Made by a program: the position numbers and the translations under genes | Notes under the pieces: model-generated | What the model was told of the DNA's origin: nothing | What the model saw: only the letters and a program-made list of their open reading frames with translations | The model's database searches: none | Source: an uncultured Pseudomonadota bacterium | GTDB taxonomy: Bacteria > Pseudomonadota > Alphaproteobacteria > UBA9219 | Assembly (NCBI GenBank): GCA_903919315.1 | Contig: CAIXHP010000032.1 | Location: 44,977 to 108,976 of the forward strand | Direction: 5' to 3' | DNA length: 64,000 nt | Part shown: positions 58,515-64,000 of the stretch, in pieces | How the letters are laid out: each line of letters starts with the position of its first letter | Position numbering within the stretch: the stretch's first letter is position 1

Positions 58515-59084
58515 CTAGTCAAGCTGAATTTTGAAGTCGTCTTCCAATGTGGTTCGCCAGCGCTTTGCCATGGCTTCAAGGCCGCGCCGTAATGTCCGGA
58601 TTCGCGCGGCTGACCCAAGCGCTTCGTCGTTGCCACAGACCGCAATAACGGCAAGCTTTTGCAAAGCGGAAAGAGCCTGAAGCCCCTGCTTAACACGACG
58701 ATCTGCCCATTTGTGACGATCCAAACGCTCTTCAAGCGACATCGGATCAAAGCAGTCGATGCGTTGCGCCGACAAATCCTTTGTAACGACCGACATGCCA
58801 TAGGCCGCCGACAGCCACGCTGTGCGGAACACCAGCCCGGCCTTGTACGCGGCCTCGCCGATGTGGCCTTTGACATGATAGCGATCCAGCCAGCATTCGC
58901 ACACGGCGCGATCAACACGCACGATGGTGGCGTGCAGTTCGTTGAGCGGATCAGCTACGCTCACCCCAGCCACAAACATGCCGCCGTTCTGGCGTTCGCG
59001 CTCCGGTATGGCGACTTGGCGCGGCAATGACGGTGAGGGCTTCAGGCGTTGGTATCTGGATCGCGTCTTCGACTTGGACGGCAT
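58515..59084 (-). CDS. Putative late-gene regulator (antiterminator position)
   Basis: LDRY..G.I....Y.AG, C-terminal LRRGL..L; directly precedes the late terminator; function inferred from position. Confidence 0.55.
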   Translation of the reverse strand: MPSKSKTRSRYQRLKPSPSLPRQVAIPERERQNGGMFVAGVSVADPLNELHATIVRVDRAVCECWLDRYHVKGHIGEAAYKAGLVFRTAWLSAAYGMSVVTKDLSAQRIDCFDPMSLEERLDRHKWADRRVKQGLQALSALQKLAVIAVCGNDEALGSAARIRTLRRGLEAMAKRWRTTLEDDFKIQLD

Positions 59085-59137
59085 CGGTAACTCCCTGCGA
59101 GGCTGGACGGTGGCGGCGGTGGCGGTGTGGCTGAAAC

Positions 59138-59902
59138 TCATGGCGCATACCCGAACTCGCGCTGGACGTGCTCCGGCACCCTGCACCCGGCCATCCCCGG
59201 CCTGCTCGCGCCGTAAACATCATCGATCCAGACGTTGTGCGCGACGAATCCCCTCATCCGCGCCCGCCACAGGATGTCGTCCTCGCTGGGATCGAAGCCG
59301 TAGTCGCCCCCGCCCCCTCGCGCCGCCCGAGAGACCCCCCTCCAATCTTTCTGTTTTCTGTCTGAATCTTCCTTCGCTGATCTCTTTAATGGTTCTATTA
59401 CAGTTCTGGGTGCAGGAGATTCACCCATAAACGCCGTGGTTTGCACCCTTGAAGGCACGTCTATCCCCTTGTCAGGCCTTGCAAATTCGGCCTCAGGAGC
59501 ATCGTCGCGCCGAGCCGCGTCCGCATAGTCCAAATCCATGCCCATCGCGAGCCTCCACTGGCGGGTGTATTCCCTCTGGCAGGCAAGCGGACGCACCCCC
59601 TTCGCGTCGAGTTGCCGGATGCGTTTTTCGGTCAGCTGGGTCAGATGTGGGATGTTGGTTAAGATATACAGCGACGATTGCTTACGCCGCGTCTGGGTGT
59701 CGAGATAGCCCATCACCTCGAGCTTGCGGATGACGAGCTGCACCGTACGCTCCGACAGGCTGCACAGCTTGGCGATATAGGCCACCGAAGGCCAGCAATA
59801 GCCATAGTCGTTGGCGTTGTCCGCCAGCTTGTTCAAAACGATCTTGACCGTGTGGCCGAGGCCCTCAATCGTCCAGACCGCGTTTGTGTAGCGTATTGCC
59901 AT
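59138..59902 (-). CDS. Phage replication protein with N-terminal HTH
   Basis: KIVL..LADNAND.GYCWPSV..IA..CSLSERTV. Confidence 0.8.
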   Translation of the reverse strand: MAIRYTNAVWTIEGLGHTVKIVLNKLADNANDYGYCWPSVAYIAKLCSLSERTVQLVIRKLEVMGYLDTQTRRKQSSLYILTNIPHLTQLTEKRIRQLDAKGVRPLACQREYTRQWRLAMGMDLDYADAARRDDAPEAEFARPDKGIDVPSRVQTTAFMGESPAPRTVIEPLKRSAKEDSDRKQKDWRGVSRAARGGGGDYGFDPSEDDILWRARMRGFVAHNVWIDDVYGASRPGMAGCRVPEHVQREFGYAP

Positions 59903-59972
59903 ATGTCCCCCTGTCGTTTTCCCAAAATGTTCCCACGGCGGCGCGGACCGCCTTGACCCGCGCCGCCCCGCC

Positions 59973-60317
59973 TCAGTTGATGCTGCTGTGCGCCGCATGC
60001 ATTGGCATCGGCTCGTCGTCCGGCAGCGGATCGTCGTTGAGCTGCCAACAATGCCCGCCGGGCCGCAGCCGGATGTTGTCCGGGTCAGCGTCCATCGTGA
60101 TCATGTAGACCCCCGCCATATCCTCAAGGATCTTCACGACTTTCTTTTCCTTGATCTCGGTGCCAAAAGCGACGCGCTTGAGCGTCGTGCAGAGCCGCTC
60201 ACCGTTGGCGCGCGCCAGATCGATGTCGTGACAAATTTTCAGCAGCACCAACCGCTCTTCCGCCGAAAAACTGAATGTGTTCCATGCCAAATCGGTGTGA
60301 TAACGCTCATACCCCAT
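59973..60317 (-). CDS. Hypothetical wHTH-like protein
   Basis: GGAG RBS; ERLVLLKIC resembles the neighbouring replication HTH. Confidence 0.55.
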   Translation of the reverse strand: MGYERYHTDLAWNTFSFSAEERLVLLKICHDIDLARANGERLCTTLKRVAFGTEIKEKKVVKILEDMAGVYMITMDADPDNIRLRPGGHCWQLNDDPLPDDEPMPMHAAHSSIN

Positions 60318-60368
60318 GGTCTTTATCTCCCTACACAGGCTTCCCACCACGCCGGAAGCGTCGGCGCA

Positions 60369-61832
60369 TTACAGCTCCGTTGCCTCATCCAGTTGCGGCG
60401 ACGGTTCATAAAAATGGCACCGCCACCCCTCAAACCGGGCGCGGACGGTTCCGGTGTTTCCAGTGCGATTTTTGGCGACGATGATCTCGCCGAGATGGCG
60501 CGATTTTTCCAACTCCGCCGACCACCGCGCGTGGCGGTCGTTGAATTTCTCTTCACTCTCTCCGTCTTTGCGGCGCGGATCGGAACGAACGAGGTAATAT
60601 TCTGGGCGGTAAACGAACATGATCACATCGGCATCCTGCTCGATGGAGCCGCTGTCGCGCAGATCGGACATCATGGGCCGCTTGTCCTCGCGGCTTTCCA
60701 CCGCGCGGTTGAGCTGCGACAACAGCAGCACAGGGATATTCAGCTCCTTGGCCAGACTTTTTAACGCAGCGGTAATTTGTCCGACCTGCACCGCCTGATT
60801 GGCCCTCAGGTCTTCCGAGCGAATAAAGCCCAAGTAATCGATCACAAGTATACTGAGGCCATAACGGCGCTTATGGCGTTTGGCGCGACCGCGAATTTGC
60901 GCGACGGTGAGGCCGCAGCTGTCGTCAATCGCCAGAGGCCATGAGGCAATTTCGGTCTTGGCTTTAAAAATCTTGCCGAATTCGTCCTGCGTCAGGCCCG
61001 CCCGCTGGCGATCCGTGGGGATTCCGGTTTGCCGCGCGATCAGACGACCCATGATTTGGCTGCGCGACATCTCCATGGATTGCACCAACGCTTTCGCGCC
61101 GGTCTGGGCGACATTGACCGCCATGGTGAGGCACAAAGCGGTCTTGCCCATGCTAGGCCGACCGGAAAGGACATACAGGTTTCCGCCTTCGAACCCGCCC
61201 AGCATTTTATCAAGCGTCGGCAGGCCGCAGGGCACGCCGCTGAGGCCGTTGCCGCGCCGCATCGCGTCCTCAATCGTGGCCATGGTTTCGTCATAGGCCG
61301 TGGCCATGTTGACCGCGCCGCCGCCCTCGCGAACCTCAGCCAGAGCGTACAGGCGCGTTTCCGCCGCGCCGATCAAATCATCGGCGTTTTCCGGCGGAGC
61401 GCTCTCGTTCCGCGCCATCGCCGCGACCTCGTCGGCATAGTCCAGCAAGCGCCGCCGCACCGCCAAATGGTGGATCAGCCGCGCGTAATCCACCACGCCG
61501 TCGAGCGTGATGACGCTGGCCACCAGATCGGCCAAATACCTACCGCCGCCTAGTTTTACCAGCGCCGCGTCCGCGTCGAACATCCCGCGCAGCGTGTGCG
61601 CGTCGGCGGTGCGTCCGGCATCGATGGTCTTGGCTATCGCGTCATACAGCCGCGCATGCAGCGGGTTGTAAAAATCGTCCGCCGTAACGATTTCAAATGT
61701 TTTAAAGTATTGTTGGTTGCTGTGAAGTAATGCTCCAAGGAAATATTGTTCCACCTCTTCGTTGTGCGGCGGCGGCAACGCCGCAGCGTCCTTCCCGCCT
61801 TGCACGACTGTAAAGGCAGGCGTTAAGGTCAT
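60369..61832 (-). CDS. dnaB: Phage DnaB-like replicative helicase
   Basis: PPHN.E.EQ, GRPSMGKT, SMEM, IDYL, LSQLNR, SDLRDSGSIEQDAD. Confidence 0.95.
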   Translation of the reverse strand: MTLTPAFTVVQGGKDAAALPPPHNEEVEQYFLGALLHSNQQYFKTFEIVTADDFYNPLHARLYDAIAKTIDAGRTADAHTLRGMFDADAALVKLGGGRYLADLVASVITLDGVVDYARLIHHLAVRRRLLDYADEVAAMARNESAPPENADDLIGAAETRLYALAEVREGGGAVNMATAYDETMATIEDAMRRGNGLSGVPCGLPTLDKMLGGFEGGNLYVLSGRPSMGKTALCLTMAVNVAQTGAKALVQSMEMSRSQIMGRLIARQTGIPTDRQRAGLTQDEFGKIFKAKTEIASWPLAIDDSCGLTVAQIRGRAKRHKRRYGLSILVIDYLGFIRSEDLRANQAVQVGQITAALKSLAKELNIPVLLLSQLNRAVESREDKRPMMSDLRDSGSIEQDADVIMFVYRPEYYLVRSDPRRKDGESEEKFNDRHARWSAELEKSRHLGEIIVAKNRTGNTGTVRARFEGWRCHFYEPSPQLDEATEL

Positions 61833-62638
61833 TCGGGAATCCTTGATCCGTCGCGCAGCCGGTTGTTGTAGGCGCGAATGACCACGACGCGCAGAGCCTC
61901 GGCGCGTGTGCCGCCAAAGGATTGTTGGTAAACCCGCGCGCGGTCGATTTCGTCGTCAAAATCCATGGCGGCCAAAACATCGATCATGCGCTTGTCATCG
62001 ATGACGACAGAGCCCGCGCGGTCGAGAACGGCGATCAGCGCAGCGACCGTCGCGTCACGAAACGCATTTTCCGTTTCCGGATGCGCGGCGGCGATCAGAC
62101 GCAACGCCCGCGCGACCACGGCCTCGCCGCAACGCCGCCCGTTCATGATCGCGCGTGTCGCAATCGTCGTCAGGCATGGTTGCCGCCCTGTGCCGATGCG
62201 CCCGATTTTCACGCCAGCGGAATCGCAAATCCTTTTGACCCACGTCGCGTCCGGCGATCCCGCGACGACATCGGCCCAGAAAACATTGATCTTGGTCATT
62301 TTGACGCGGCATTTGTTGGTGCCGACAAATGCTTTCGCCTGGTCGGCCAAATGCGGCGAGGCCACGACCCAGCACGGCACTTCGGTCAGGCCGATCTTGC
62401 GGCAGGCCAACAGCCGATGTTGGCCGTCAATCACAGGGTAATCGTCGCTCTTGTCTTTGCAGGCGACTGTCAGCGGCTGAAACCGCGACCAGTGAAATTC
62501 GTTGACGATCTTTTCGATCATGCTGTTGCCGGTGCGCGTCACGCGCCGTTGATAGCGTTCGTCGACCACGATGCTGTCGATGGGAATCCATAAAAATTCA
62601 GGCCTTGCGCCCAAGTCCTTGGTTTTGACGTTGCTCAT
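61829..62638 (-). CDS. ParB-like / DGQHR-motif protein
   Basis: VDERYQR, VIDGQHRL. Confidence 0.75.
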   Translation of the reverse strand: MSNVKTKDLGARPEFLWIPIDSIVVDERYQRRVTRTGNSMIEKIVNEFHWSRFQPLTVACKDKSDDYPVIDGQHRLLACRKIGLTEVPCWVVASPHLADQAKAFVGTNKCRVKMTKINVFWADVVAGSPDATWVKRICDSAGVKIGRIGTGRQPCLTTIATRAIMNGRRCGEAVVARALRLIAAAHPETENAFRDATVAALIAVLDRAGSVVIDDKRMIDVLAAMDFDDEIDRARVYQQSFGGTRAEALRVVVIRAYNNRLRDGSRIPE

Positions 62639-63231
62639 TCTCCTTCAGCCTCCCCCTGCAGGCGCGGGCGCAGATACGCCACGCGCATGTGATCGGCGCA
62701 GTAGGAACGATCCGCCACCACCCGCGCGCCGCAGCAGGTGTGGTTGGCGCGGCGGCCATCGCCGAGCGGCCAGCGGCAGGCGTAAGGCCCGGCCTCCAGC
62801 AGATGGGTGCCGGTGCCGTTAAACGCCTGCGGATCGACAAAGGAGCGCGTCGTCGCGACAACGGCGGGCGCAGGCAAATGCACGGGCTTGCGCCACGAGG
62901 TCGCGTCGCGCGTCGCGGCCAAGGCGCGGATACGCGCTTTTTCCTTGGCTTTGGCGCGTTTGGCCTCAGTGGACGCGGCGATCCGCGCGGCCTTGTCGCC
63001 GTGCGATCCGGGCAACGCGAGGCCGAGTTCGCGGCATTTGCGGACGATGAACTTGCGGTTTGTGCCAAATCGCGCGGCGATGTCGTTGGTCTTAACGCCC
63101 TCGGCGATTAACTGGCGCAGCCGCGCGTTACGGTCGTCGTCCCAACGGGCTTTGTGCGGGCAAAGGCCTGTGATCGCCGCTTTCCGCCGCAATTCCCACG
63201 CCGGGCGCGGCGCGTCAGACAACCGCGCCAT
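62635..63231 (-). CDS. gcrA: GcrA-family cell cycle regulator homolog
   Basis: W...R...LRQL..EG....IA HTH; C-terminal CRWPLGD..CG....YC..H..AY. Confidence 0.85.
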   Translation of the reverse strand: MARLSDAPRPAWELRRKAAITGLCPHKARWDDDRNARLRQLIAEGVKTNDIAARFGTNRKFIVRKCRELGLALPGSHGDKAARIAASTEAKRAKAKEKARIRALAATRDATSWRKPVHLPAPAVVATTRSFVDPQAFNGTGTHLLEAGPYACRWPLGDGRRANHTCCGARVVADRSYCADHMRVAYLRPRLQGEAEGE

Positions 63232-63565
63232 GCTGGCCTCCCTGCGGCTGGCTCCACGCCACCGGATGGCGATGGATGTTTTGGGTGATGGCAGTTTGCA
63301 CCGCGTCGAACGGTATCCAGCCTTGGATATTTTTGGGATAAACCCAGCCGTTGGGCAGGTTGGCAAAATGGCGCAGCGTCTCAAAAGACGACGTGAGATC
63401 AAACACGCCCTGCGCGGCGAACCACCGAAACACGGTCGGAACCACCTCGCCGTTGATCAGCAACAGCACGAGTTCCCCGCCACGCGGAGCCTCATGCGGC
63501 GGGCAAATTGGCAATGTGGCGGATTTTTGACGCGATCGGGATGGTGGTTTTGTGGCGTTGATCAT
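63215..63565 (-). CDS. Hypothetical phage protein
   Basis: 116-aa ORF overlapping the gcrA start. Confidence 0.5.
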   Translation of the reverse strand: MINATKPPSRSRQKSATLPICPPHEAPRGGELVLLLINGEVVPTVFRWFAAQGVFDLTSSFETLRHFANLPNGWVYPKNIQGWIPFDAVQTAITQNIHRHPVAWSQPQGGQHGAVV

Positions 63566-63769
63566 GGTGCTGACAACGTGTGCTGAAACGAGAGGGGAAA
63601 ACGACGAGGAGGAGAAAATCAGGCGGGGTCGTGAGGCAGAAAGTCGTGGATTGGTTGATGTCTAAGTCGGAGGAGGCCGTGCGGCGGCCACACCGAGGAG
63701 AATGTGGCCGCCGCCCTCCGTCTCCGCTAAACTGGAAGATGCAACGCCACCAGCCGCAGGAGATTCCCT

Positions 63770-64000
63770 ATGTCCCGTCTGTACTTTCTCGCCGTAACGA
63801 TGTTCGTCGAGGAGACCGTCACAAAAACCGAACGTGTCAGAACGGTGAGCAAAGAAGGTGCCGCTTATATCGGCAAACACCTGCATGAGGCCTTCCGGGC
63901 TCTCCACGCCGAGACAACCATTCTCTACAAACACCCGGATTGGTCCGAGATCGGCTATCTGCTTTCGTGTGATCGTGATGTCAAAACGATCTGGAATTTT
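63770..64000 (+). CDS. Hypothetical protein, partial, opposite to the phage lytic genes
   Basis: AGGAG RBS; MSRLYFLAVTMFVEE... open to the window end. Confidence 0.5.
   Translation, partial: MSRLYFLAVTMFVEETVTKTERVRTVSKEGAAYIGKHLHEAFRALHAETTILYKHPDWSEIGYLLSCDRDVKTIWNF

Larger units (their letters stand above)
34436..64000 (-). mobile_element. Prophage with HK97-type head and Mu-like contractile tail; continues past the window
   Basis: att site in tRNA-Arg, then ordered methylase, lysis, tail, head, terminase and replication modules. Confidence 0.95.

Overview
Alphaproteobacterial chromosomal window with high GC. Alphaproteobacterial origin is inferred from the rpoZ-rel-rpiB-glyA order and a GcrA homolog. 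The left half (1-34.4 kb) is host DNA: an rpoZ / divergent RSH / rel / rpiB / solute-binding protein / glyA run, a NYN protein, a class II DAHP synthase preceded by an unannotated Trp/Phe-rich leader peptide, a TPR-methyltransferase, pflBA, recQ, a SWIM-SNF2 ATPase, a TPR lipoprotein, a six-gene hyf-like complex whose large subunit lacks the NiFe cysteines (Ehr type), ate/bpt and others. From 34436 to beyond the window end is a prophage integrated in tRNA-Arg(ACG). It has an HK97-type head, a Mu-like contractile tail, a split lysis cassette holding an Mtd_N-type fibre gene, a HigBA-like TA operon, a D12/Dam methylase next to a cloverleaf-like structured RNA, and DnaB, ParB-like and GcrA genes. 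Top leads: (1) a second, hydrolase-degenerate RelA/SpoT homolog inserted between rpoZ and rel; (2) the leader peptide ...WGFARFFWFR* upstream of the DAHP synthase; (3) the methylase-associated structured RNA. All calls are from motif recognition by eye; no database searches were run.
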